Source: the human T2T-CHM13v2.0 reference genome, Homo sapiens. Taken from it: a DNA stretch of 64,000 nt. The stretch lies in assembly GCF_009914755.1 (NCBI RefSeq), contig NC_060928.1; one strand, given 5' to 3'. A program made the position numbers and the translations under genes. The notes under the pieces are model-generated. The model did no database searches and was not told the origin of the DNA. It saw only the letters and a program-made list of their open reading frames with translations. Positions 51,814 through 64,000 of this stretch are shown in pieces; position 1 is the stretch's first letter, and each line of letters opens with the position of its first letter.

Positions 51814-53587
51814 ACCATATGAGTTTATTGTATTATGAGACCCCTTTCACTCATAATACAATATCAATATTAAATACTTTTAAGAATTTTTATGGATGTA
51901 TTTTTACTGGCTGCCTTTGAAATGTTGCAAGCGGTTTTTCTATTTTATTTCATGTTAGTTAACAATATTTGTGCAGTTGAAAAACATCTCCATTTTCAGT
52001 TTCCCAATCTCTCAGTTGTATGTATGTATGTATGTATTATTTTAAATTTTCATTTAATTCACTTACAAGGAATGAGATGAATCACCATGGTGTAAAACAA
52101 ACAAAAAAAATTATATAGTCTCTAACTCATATGAGATTGTAATCATTTGGAAATATGAGCAAGAAATATTTACACTTTGAAAGAGCCACAGATGGTGATG
52201 TATCCAACGTATGAGACACACACCAAGTGCTATGAGTATTCAGGGTAGTGAGATATTACTGTGTACTAGAGCAGCAAAGACAGATTTGGGGAAGGACATA
52301 GACTTGAGATGAGTCTTAAAAATAATCTGTACCTGAATAGATGAAGAGGTGTGGAGAGAGCATGCCAAGTACAGCTGCTCAGCATTTTTGCATATAAGGT
52401 ATGTTTGGTGAGTTTGGGGATATGTAAAGTTATTATCACCAAGCATAAATTGTATATAGTGTTTTGTTTTGTTTTAAATACCATACAGATTCTTATTCTT
52501 AAAAAGTCTGTTCAATTTAATTGGATGAACGTAAACTCATTAAGTGTGCTTTTACATCCTCATCTCACCTTTCTCTCCTCAATTTCTGTTTGCATAACCA
52601 CTTTTTTATTTCTTCAGTTCTGGAGAGTTTTGCGTGTTCCTTACCTCTGTTAACTCTCCATCCCAGCCTTTGAACTGAGTCTTCCCTTCCTCAAGCATTC
52701 AGAAGTCCAATTTGTCTCTCTGTATTGTCAACTTATTCTCTCACACATATGTTTTTTTCAGGCATTACAGGTCTTTTTAACCTTGATAAATCCAAACTGA
52801 ATTCAAGACATTGAATTGCTGCTTGCAACTCACCACTAGCCATTCACCTTGTATTACCTTAATATCTGGATTCTGTTCTCACCGTACTTAAGCAAAAGAT
52901 GCTGTACTTTTAAGAAATATCATTGTATTGCCTGTATAAAAGATGTAACCCATTCCAACAACCTACCTTTAGAAATGGAAAAATTTGACAGTGGTGTATG
53001 TGGTGCTGCCTGTTGACAGTAGCAGATAATTTTATTACACCATTTGGGAGGGAGAGGGTAAGGAGAAATATCTGTTTTATACTGACACATAAGTTAGTTT
53101 CTTAGCTCCTTTTTATCAAGCACTCGGTTGGATATAATACTATTTGTATAATAACTTTCAGATTCCAGAGGCTTACTCTTGCACAGATTTTAAGTCATAA
53201 AATCAATGAACTCACCTTGGTCTTTAATCCCCTTGATATCTGCATTATTTTACCAGGAGTCTACTGCTGTCTTCTCAAATCTCTTTTATTTTTGGTTCCA
53301 CAATACAGTAGCATTTTGGCTTGCCTCTCGTGACTGACAACTTCTTTAATCCTTAAATGACTTTGTTGTTTTCATGCTGTGAAAGCAATTTTTCAACCTC
53401 CACTTTTTTCATCATTTCATTCAGTGAGTCTATTCCCAGGAACAAAGTTCCTCTCTGTATCAATACACCTCCAATCTTTCTTTCTAACCTTTATCTTTAT
53501 TTTACTCATCTTTCTTATTATGTACTCTACAGTTTATTTTGGATATTATTCTATTAAGTATAATTAACATTTCCACGTAATTTATGA

Positions 53588-53907
53588 CTTTTTTTTAATG
53601 CTGGATCTTGTTCTGTTGCCCAGGCTGAAGTGCAGTGGCTAGATCACAGCTTATTTCACATGGCAGCCTTGATCTCCCAGGCTCAAAGGGTCGTATGGCC
53701 TCAATTTCATGAGTAGATAGAGCTACAGGTGCCAACCACCATGCCCAGCCAATTTATTTATTTATTTATTTATTTATATTTTTATTTTTTGTAGAGATGA
53801 GGTTTCATCATGTTGTCCAGCCTGGTCTCCAACTCCCGGGCTTAAGTGATCAGCCCACCTCGGCCTCCCAATGCTGGGATTACAGATGTGAGCCACTGTA
53901 CCTGGCT
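53588..53907 (-). mobile_element. AluJ SINE with (TTTA)n middle tract
   Basis: tcttgttctgttgcccaggctgaagtgcagtggc…gcagccttgatctcccaggctcaa…gagccactgtacctggc. Confidence 0.9.
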
Positions 53908-54173
53908 AAAACTGTGACCTTTTTGAGAATGAAATATTTTAATTGTCTTCTTAATAACTATACCCAGACAACAGATATAAACTGAGATTGACCCAGGAAA
54001 ACTAGACATATGGTCATCCTATCTAAAATTTATCATTGTCCTCACCAAGAAGCCTGCCCTCTGAGTTCTACATTGTTCCTAATTACAACACAGTACTCCT
54101 AGTATCCGTGATATTTAATTTTCTAGGTACAATGTTTTGTCTTTTGCTAGGTAAACAATTTTTTCTTTTTTCC

Positions 54174-54480
54174 TTTTTTCTTTCTTTCTTTTTTTTTTTT
54201 TTTGAGATGGAATCTTGCTCTCGCACCCAGGATGGGGTGCAGTGGCACTATCTCGGCTCATCGCAACCTCCGCCTCCTGGGTTCAAGCAATTCTCCTGCC
54301 TCAGGCTCAGCGTAGCTGGGATTACAGGCACCCGCCACCATACCTGGCTAATTTTTGTGTTTTTAGTGGAGGCAGGGTTTCACCATGTTGGTCAGGCTAG
54401 TCTTGCACGCCTGACCTCATGATCCAACCTCCTCCCCTCCCAAAGAGCTGAGATTACAGGCATGAGCCAACGCTCCTGGC
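54174..54480 (-). mobile_element. AluS (Sg-like) SINE
   Basis: Full dimer, gacctcatgatcc deletion diagnostic; TSD caattttttctttt(tt)cc at ~54157-54173 and 54481-54496. Confidence 0.93.
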
Positions 54481-54769
54481 CAATTTTTTCTTTTCCTAAA
54501 TGTATTACCTTCACCCCATTAGTGATTTATACTTTAAATACAGAATATTATACTAGGCTCCTAACTGGCTTTGCAGCCTCTATTCTCTCCCTACCCCTAA
54601 TGAATCATGGTTACATTGCCATATTATTTTTATTTATCATATTTTTGGGGGAAACTGAAAAACTTGCAAAAATTTATCACTGCCTACAGATTACATTTTA
54701 GATTTTCTTATTTTCATTGATTATTTGATAATCCAGCCCACATTCACCTTTTTGGCTTTATTTTTCATT

Positions 54770-55928
54770 ACTTTATTTTTTTTAACTTTAAGTTCCAGGA
54801 TACATGTGCAGAATGTGCAGGTTTGTTATATAGGTATATATGTGCCATGGTGGTTTGCTGCACCTGTCAACCCATCATCTAGGTTTTAAGCCCAGCATGT
54901 ATTAGGTATTTGTCCTAATGTTCTCCTTCCCCTTGCCCCCAACTCCCTGATAGGCCCCAGTGTGTGTTGTTTCCCTCCCTGTGTCCATGTGTTCTCATTG
55001 TTTTACTACCACTTATGAGTGAGAGAGAACATGTGGTGTTTGATTTTCTGTTCCTGTGTTAGTTTGCTGAGACTGATGGCTTCCAGTTTCATCCATGACC
55101 CTGCAAAGGACATGAACTCATTTTTTTAATGGCTGCATAGTATTCCATGGTGCATATGTACCATCTTTTCTTTATCCAGTCTGTCTTTGATGGGCATTTG
55201 GGTTGGTTCCCAGTCTTTGCTATTGTAAATAGTGCTGCAATAAACATACATGTGCATATGTCTTTGTGGTAGAATGATTTATAATCCTTTGGGTATATAC
55301 CCACTAATGGGATTGCTGGGTCATATGGTAATTCTGGATCTAGAATTGAAGAATTGCCACACTTTCTTCCACAATGGTTAAACTACTTTACATTTCCACC
55401 AACAGTGTAAAAGCGTTTCTATTTCTCCACAGCCTCACCAGCATCTATGGTTTCCTGATTTTTTAAAAATTGCCATTCTGACTGTTATGAGATGGTATCT
55501 CATTGTGGTTTTGGTTTGCATTTCTCTAATGATCAGTGATGATGAGCTTTTTTCATGTTTGTTGGCTGCATAAATGTCTTATTTTGAAAAGCGTCTGTTC
55601 AAACCCTTTGCCCACTTTTTGATGGAGTTGTTTGCTTTTTTTCTTGCAAATTCAAGTTCCTTGTAGATTCTGGGTATTAGACCTTTGTCAGATGGGTAGA
55701 TTGCAAAATTTTTCTCTTATTCTGTAGGTTGCTTGTTCACTCTGAAGCTAGTTTCTTTTGCTGTGCAGAAACTCTTTAGTTTAATTAGATTCCATTTGTC
55801 AATTTTGGCTTTTGTTGCAATTGCTTTTGGTGTTTTAGTCATGAAGTCTTTGCCCATGCCTATGTCCTGAATGGTATTGCCTAGGTTTTCTTCTGGAGTT
55901 TTTATGGTTTCGGGTTTTACATTTAAGT
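54770..55928 (-). mobile_element. 5'-truncated L1PA8/PA10-type LINE-1
   Basis: 3' UTR gtgccatggtggtttgctgcacctgtcaacccatcatctaggttttaagccc; ORF2 C-terminal remnant (55089-55304). Confidence 0.92.
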
Positions 55929-57588
55929 TGCTAATACTACACCCTATTACGTTTGTTTTTTATTAGCTTTTTCTGCATTCTATGCATCTGGTCCTATTGT
56001 TGCCATGCAAACATAGCTTGACTAGTCCCAATTCTACAATTTTGTTTACACCATCTCAAATTCCTTATGAAAGTATTGAGGAATTGTCTCATTGTTTCAA
56101 CTAGAAGTCATCTCTCTCTTTCCCCAAAATTACTATAGTGTATATTGCATATAACATGTCACACAAGTTACTTTTTATTAATTTTGTTACTTTTTAATAA
56201 TGTGAAGCATCTGAGATCAGTAATAATTTTAATATATCTTTGTACTTTTATCTAGTGTTTATTGAATAATTATGCAGATAATAAAGTCAAGAGAAATTAA
56301 AGTGAACAAACAAAATAACTGTTTAATTAAATAGGAAATGAAAAAGCCAATTTGTACTCAGTATATTGCTTACTTGAGGATAGGATACACATCAGAGCTG
56401 TACTCCATGCAAATCCAAGCCTGACAATCAGAGTTGTACACAATAAAATGGCTTTTCTGCTATCATGAGTACTGAGATAAATAGTTAGGATTAACTCAGG
56501 AATTGTAGATGGGATAGTGTAAACTGAAGATCAGTAAAAAATGTTACTAGAAAAGCAATCACATATTCTGTCAAAAAAAGCCTTTTGAATATTTAACAAT
56601 GCTGAAAACAATAATATTTCAAAATAAAGACAATTTTTTGGTAAAACAATTCCTAATCATTATGTGCTCATGTTAAGGTAATGTATTTTGGCAGCAAAGG
56701 ATTGGTAATGGGGCACTGGCAGCTAAACTGAGAGAACCAAATCTAATTTTGGAGCTAGAGTTTCATTTGCCTATTAGCTCATGTACAGATGGGTTGATGT
56801 GTTGTAAGAAAAATCAATGATGCATTTGGAAACTGCATTTCAGCTGAAAAAAGAAGGTCAGAACCTGGAAGGTGAGATTTATAGTAATAAATATTCAGTA
56901 TTAAGGTTAATTTTCAGTTTTCCCATTGGCTTAGTGGATAAGAATATTTAGAAGGTAGTAAAAATATTGTTTCTTGTAGGAATATTACATCTGATTTCAT
57001 ATGCTTCCATGAACAAATAAATCATGAGACGTAATGCTTCAGTTCATGCAACTTATGGTAGCTGCACATTCTTTTTCTCACTAAATCCTAAACATAAAAA
57101 AGTGAAACTCCTTTCCTAAAGGGAATTTTCTAGAATACTATCACCACACTGCTTTTAGCTACTCAGTCAGTATTGGTCAAAGGCTTTTCCAGTACTTTTA
57201 TTTAGTGATAGTTTTAAGTAAGTGTGACTGTGACCCCTTTGATCTGACTCCTCACAATACTGTAGCCACTACAGCACAAGCAGAGTTATAGAAAAAGGAG
57301 GCAACAATTAGGAGTACTCCTGGATATCTTAGGAATTTACTATCAAAATATGATTTCAGAAACAGTTATTTTTTCCCCTTTTCACAGAAAAACCTCAAAA
57401 TTTGAAAACACAGCTAGCATATATTATAATAAAGTATAAATATCTTTTCAGATTTTAACTCTAATAGATTATTCTAGGTAGTGATAATTATGTTCCTCCT
57501 AAGAGTAATTTTTCATTGTTTTGTAAAGCACTGTATAGTGGTGATTATCTAAAATTCTTCTATTTGTTCTCTAGCATTTTGAGTAGTA

Positions 57589-58025
57589 CAGTTAACCCTT
57601 GAACAATGCAGGGGTTAGGGGTGCTGATGCAGTTGAAAATCCACATATAGCTTTTGACTTCCCCGAGACTTAACTATAATACTAATAGCTTATTGTTGAC
57701 TGGGAGTCTTATTTATAACATAAACAGTGGATTTAAAAATATCTTGTCTATGGCTGGGTAGGGTGGCTCACGCCCATAATCTCAGCACTTTGGGAGGCCA
57801 AAGTGGGTGTATCACCTGAGGTCAGGAGTTCGAGAGCAGCCTGGCCAACATGGTGAAACCCCATCTCTTCTAAAAATACAAAAATTAGCTGGGCGTGGTG
57901 GTGCATGCCTGTAGTCCTAGCTACTCAGGAGGCTGAGGCAGGAGAATCACTTGAACCTGGGAGCCGGAGGTTACAGTGAGCTGAGATTGTGTCACTGAAC
58001 TCCAGCCTGGGTGACAGAGCAAGAC

Positions 58026-58077
<52 letters not shown>

Positions 58078-58368
58078 GGATCTGAAATAGATATGTAATA
58101 TATATATAGATCTCTCTCTCTCTCTCTATATATATATATCATGTTTTATGTATTACATACTATCTTCTCACAATAAAGAAATTTAGAGAAAAAATGTTAT
58201 TAAGAAAATCATAAGGAAGAGAAAACATATTTGCTATTTATTAAGCGGAAATGGATCAACATAAAGTTCTTCATACTTGTCATCATGTTGAGAAGACTGA
58301 AGAGGAGTAGGGAGAGGAGGGGTAGGGGACCTGCACCGTTCAAACCTGTGCTGCTCAAGGGTCAACTG
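57589..58368 (+). mobile_element. Tigger2a DNA transposon split by an Alu
   Basis: TIRs cagttaacccttgaaca / tgctcaagggtcaactg, both flanked by TA; internal gttgaaaatccacatatagcttttgacttcccc and ttattaagaaaatcataaggaagagaaaa. Confidence 0.92.
57752..58032 (+). mobile_element. AluSx SINE nested in Tigger2a
   Basis: ggctgggtagggtggctcacgcc…tcacctgaggtcaggagttcgag…ctccagcctgggtgacagagcaagac; tail is (CT)n(AT)n. Confidence 0.95.
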
Positions 58369-58374
58369 TATTTT

Positions 58375-58863
58375 AAAAAATTGACATAAAATTAATTAAT
58401 TTAAAGTGCATAATTCAGTGGCATTTAGTAAATTCCCAATGTTGGGCAATGATCACCTCTGTCTCATTTCAAAATTTTATATAACTCTAAAAGAAAACTA
58501 CATACCTATTAAATAGTCACTCCCCATCTTCCCTCTCTCTATCCCCTGGTAACCGTCAGTTTTCTTTCTGTCTCTATGAGCTTACCCATTCAGGGTATTT
58601 CATTCATATAAATTAAATCATATAATATGTAGCCTTTTGTGTGTAGCTTCATTCACTTAGTATGTTTTGAGATTCATCCATGTTGTAGCCTATATTAATA
58701 TATCGTTCCTTTTCATGGCTTAATAATATTTCATTTTGTGTATATACCACATATTAGTTTTCCCTTTATCCTTTAATATATGGTTTAGTTGTTTCTATTT
58801 TTCAGCTACTGTGATGAGTAAAATTATTTGCTTGAGTATCTGTTTTCAGTTCTCTTGGGTTGT
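58375..58863 (-). mobile_element. L1MB-type 3' fragment
   Basis: ttaaagtgcataattcagtggcatttagta…cagttttctttctgtctctatg…gagattcatccatgttgtagc. Confidence 0.85.
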
Positions 58864-58879
58864 ACTCTGCTTTTGCCAG

Positions 58880-58975
58880 GCCAGGTTACGATGACCAGTC
58901 ACCCTGGTTTTCCAAAACACAGACTTCTCAGCGCAAAAACCACAACAGTCCCTGGAAAAAACAGGGCACTTGAAC
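58880..58975. mobile_element. MER94/MER81-like hAT-Blackjack remnant
   Basis: gatgaccagtcaccctggttttcc…agacttctcagcgcaaaaacc…agtccctggaaaaaacaggg. Confidence 0.4.
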
Positions 58976-59403
58976 TGGGGAAATCTTTTTGGTTATTTTT
59001 ATGTGGAATTATTTATTAAACTGAGAAACAGCCCCATAATTCCTACTACTTATAGGCTGCATCACATCGCAACCTTGTCTTACACTATGGTCTGAGTTTC
59101 CATGTCCATTGCTTGTTTGAGACTCTAAAGCATCTATCACAGTGCTTGATGATCATCACTCAATAATATTTTGGGGGTTAAATTGCAGTCGATTTTAATG
59201 AAATTCTTAAAAAGTATTTGTTAAGAAATTTGTTGGTTAAAAACATGTACTTTAGAGCCATATTCATGGGTTCATATCCCAACTCTGTAAGACACTGACC
59301 CAGGGAAAGTGCACTGTTAATGTTTTGAATATTAAAGATTAGAATGCTTACATTAATGGAAAAGAGACAGCAAGAATAGGCAATCAGCTTTTCATATATA
59401 ATT

Positions 59404-59405
<2 letters not shown>

Positions 59406-59442
<37 letters not shown>
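59406..59442. repeat. (TA)n microsatellite
   Basis: Read directly; about 18 units. Confidence 0.95.
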
Positions 59443-59445
<3 letters not shown>

Positions 59446-60194
59446 CATGTGTATGTGAGTTTACATACCTAATAAGTGAAACATTTTACTTCAAATAATT
59501 TTTTTCTGGTATCACATGGAGTGTGTTAAAAGTTGTAGTTTTTAGCAATCCATGCTTACTTACTTAATTCTTTTTTTTTTTAGAATACAAGCATGTATTA
59601 TTTTCCAATGTAGAAAAAATTGACTGAAACAGTCAGCATTATGATTAAAACCAATAATATGATGGGCATTTAGAAGTCTAATTAAGTAAAATATATAAAA
59701 TCCAGTAACCTAGATAAGAAAGGTATTTGATTTGTTTATTGTTTCTTTGTGATCACTCATCCTTATCAGATATATAGTCTTTAGTGAAGATCATTTACTC
59801 AACACTTAATTCAGCTTTGTTAGGCAGGTTTAAGTCCCAACAGAGTTAACGTGCATGTGAGGCAATAAGTTAAAAAAGAGTTAAGACAGCATCCTCAGCT
59901 GGAAGTATATTACCCTGTTAGAAGATTGCACAATGTATTGGAATTAATGGAATGACTTGTGATAAAAATCCAAAAGGGTGATCATCCAACTTACAAGTGA
60001 GAGGCACTGTTGATGTTTCTTTATTTTTATTTTTAAAACAAAATAGAGTTTGTAAGCATATGATGATAGTCCAAACATTTCCATATGTCCATTCTTTTTC
60101 AGTGTCAAAACCTGTGAAAATGCTAGAGAACCCAAAACACTACTCACATGTGTATCGCCTGGCCCTACCTAAACCACTAAGTCAGATCCTCTTT

Positions 60195-60198
<4 letters not shown>

Positions 60199-60238
<40 letters not shown>
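60199..60238. repeat. (GT)n microsatellite
   Basis: Read directly; about 20 perfect units. Confidence 0.97.
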
Positions 60239-60241
<3 letters not shown>

Positions 60242-61999
60242 CCTCAATGCTCTCAGTATAATAAAAACTAAATAACTTGAGGATCTGAAATAAAGATTAT
60301 AAATTTGATTTGTATTTAGTATGTTGAGAATAGTTGCTGTCTCATCGCTAGTTGAAAGGCACTTGAGACCAATATTCAGTCTTTTTTGTTGTTTATATCC
60401 AAGAATAAAAAAAGGAAGTTCTTTGGCATCAGCCTTTATTTAATTTTTATCTTGCTGTTGCACAACATATTGCTGAACTATTAATCTTCAAAAGTACTGA
60501 GAACATGTTTTATTTGTGGATGACTAGAAGAGTCCTAGAAACTATATTTTAAAAAATGAAATGGCTTTACTGCCTTGCACTAATTCTTACAAAGAAGTAT
60601 TCATCTCAGTTTACAGTTCAAGTGCCAGGTTTCAGAACATTACATTTTGAGCTGCTGATGTAGAAGTGCTCAAAAACTAGTGTTTTGAAGGGAAGCACAA
60701 AGACTTTAAACCACAGAGCCATGATGCATGAAGCTGTAATCAAGAAACAATTCTTGATATGCATTTTCAGTGAGATTCTTTTATATTATATGGTTCCCTA
60801 AGGAAGAGAGGAAAGATGTTTCTCATAGAGAAAACACCGCGGCTAGTGAAGAAAATGTGTTTTACATGATTTGTAATTGCTAATATGATTCAGGTACCTG
60901 CCCCAGATGAATTTATGAAATTAAACCAGTTTTCTACAACACATGGTTCGAATTCTGTAACAGATAAGCATGTGGCATTGGAAGGTTAGGTAAACTTTAT
61001 ATGATAATGACTATTTTATGTAAAAAACCCAGTTGATTATATTGATATTTTCTATTCATTTTTGTTTTAAATATCAAATAATATTTATAATACCGCAGAA
61101 ATTTGTATTATGTGACTATGTGAGGCAAAAACAAGGGATTTTTATATGAATTATTTTGCCAATTTCTCCTGTTCTCATTTGGCCATAATATGGTATTTCA
61201 GCACCAGTTCTTAAAATCCTGAACTTAAAGTATACAAAGTATACTTCCAGGTATTTCTGCACAATAATTTTAAATGAATTGAGAAATATGTCTAGTTTAT
61301 TTTGAAGGTTTTCTTATCTGAATATTTTTAATATATTATTTCTCTCCCACTAGAATTTAATTTATAGATGGGCAATGCCATTGTCTCATCTCCTCTATTT
61401 GAATGCCTAGAATAAGTCTGTAACATCACAGGTCTTTATAACTACATAGAGAATAGTTGAATTAATCTTGATTTATCAAGTCTAAATCTGCTGATGCAAA
61501 TATCACATCTTAAAGCATTTTCTACTAATATTTTAAAAAAACTATTTCATATGGTTACTCCACACTCAAACGATGACCCTCCTTCTCTCTAAACTCTCTG
61601 GCAATGACATTTTATCACATTTCATAAAGAAAATAACAACTATTAAAATAGATACGATTCTCTTCCCTCTACCAAATAAATGAACCCCCTGCATCTAAAC
61701 CCTTCTTCTCCTTATCCCTGGGTGTAATTTAAAGGGGGAGGGTCTTCTTCCTGCAATGTCAGCCCCTCTCTGTGTCCTCTGGACTCTCTTACAAATTGAC
61801 TATTCAGAAATCTCAGTTTCATCAGAAATATTCTGTCTCTCTCCCAACCTTCAGCAACCTCATTATTAAGTTCCCCAATATCATTTTTAAGATATGTTCT
61901 TGTAATTCTTATAATAGGAAATAAAATTAAAACAAAAGAAAAACAAAACTAATCTCTTATAAGAAAATCTCTTTCATTAGCACCCTATCTTTTGACATA

Positions 62000-62331
62000 A
62001 TTCTTCAACCATGGTCCAGATATCCAAAGAGATTGAAAACCAAAGGCTTATGTTTTCTTTTTATTTCATTTGGCTGGTTGAAACCTTACCCAATTTTGAC
62101 TGACAAAAGCTCATTTATAATCTTATCTAACTTAGTGTAAATATTCATGTATTTTACTCCAGGGAACTTTATGTAATTTTTAATGTAATATTTGATTTGA
62201 GGTGCTATGAAGAAGTCACGAAGATGTCATGTATATAGATTAAACGTTTCTCCATCTTTCTGAAATACGAATATTTGAAATTCCAAAACATACTTGAGCT
62301 CCAAGTTTTCATATAAAGGACCGCGGACCTG
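62000..62331 (-). mobile_element. MER46C (Tigger4/Zombi-related) MITE inside an L2 fragment
   Basis: ccaaagagattgaaaaccaaag…cttagtgtaaatattcat…ttccaaaacatacttgagctccaag…ataaaggaccgcggacctg matches the antisense MER46C order; L2-like sequence at ~61680-61920 and ~62380-62610. Confidence 0.7.
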
Positions 62332-62613
62332 TCCTTTCATGCTTAATCGAGGTTCTCAAGATGGTTCCCTTCACGTGCTATTTTCACTTTATTGCCTCCA
62401 ATTCATCATTCAACTCACTCGAGCCTTGTCTATCAAAACAATTCTTGCTAAGGTACCATTTCCATGTCGACAATTCTTAAGCACATTTTCCATGTTTTCA
62501 AACACTAAACTGGGAAGCAACATTTGACTCAGCTGATCATCCCTGCACTCCTGCAATGTTCCTCTTTCCCTAGGAGTCCAGGCCACTCTAACTTGTTTTG
62601 CTCCTTTCAGGGA

Positions 62614-64000
<1,387 letters not shown>

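Noticed and set aside
54036-54422. 128-aa ORF (and similar 17072-17362)
   Set aside because: Typical antisense-Alu translation products.
62290-62475. Cluster of six-base palindromes (gagctc, ccgcgg, cacgtg, ctcgag, ggtacc, gtcgac) suggesting a polylinker or vector
   Set aside because: The sites are dispersed rather than adjacent and sit inside MER46C/L2-derived sequence; best explained as chance.

Overview
AT-rich, CpG-poor primate (human-like, catarrhine) non-coding DNA. I find no cellular protein-coding gene: every ORF in the track is either retroelement-derived (L1 ORF2, HERV-K env, Alu) or chance. Roughly half the window is recognisable interspersed repeat. It includes a near full-length L1PA15/16-type LINE (~9.4-19.8 kb) carrying a nested L1 3' end, a full MSTA LTR-int-LTR element and an AluSq. 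There is also a 3'-deleted L1PB-type LINE, a truncated HERV-K (HML-7/MER11D-type) env tail plus LTR, and a young L1PA3/4 running off the right edge. Eight Alu/Alu-monomer copies, several DNA-transposon fossils, L2/MIR fragments and microsatellites make up the rest. Almost all L1, Alu and younger LTR elements lie on the minus strand, which suggests an intron of a long + strand transcript. I see no evidence for a new multi-gene biological system. The most unusual things are junction-level fossils: a tailless 5S rRNA retrocopy with a TSD, a truncated provirus with a ~25-bp flanking duplication and a fold-back patchwork junction, an MSTA with a non-canonical terminus and no TSD, and a templated two-piece repair patch inside an L1. 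Repeat family and subfamily names come from my recollection of consensus sequences, not from a search. Boundaries of old repeats are approximate.
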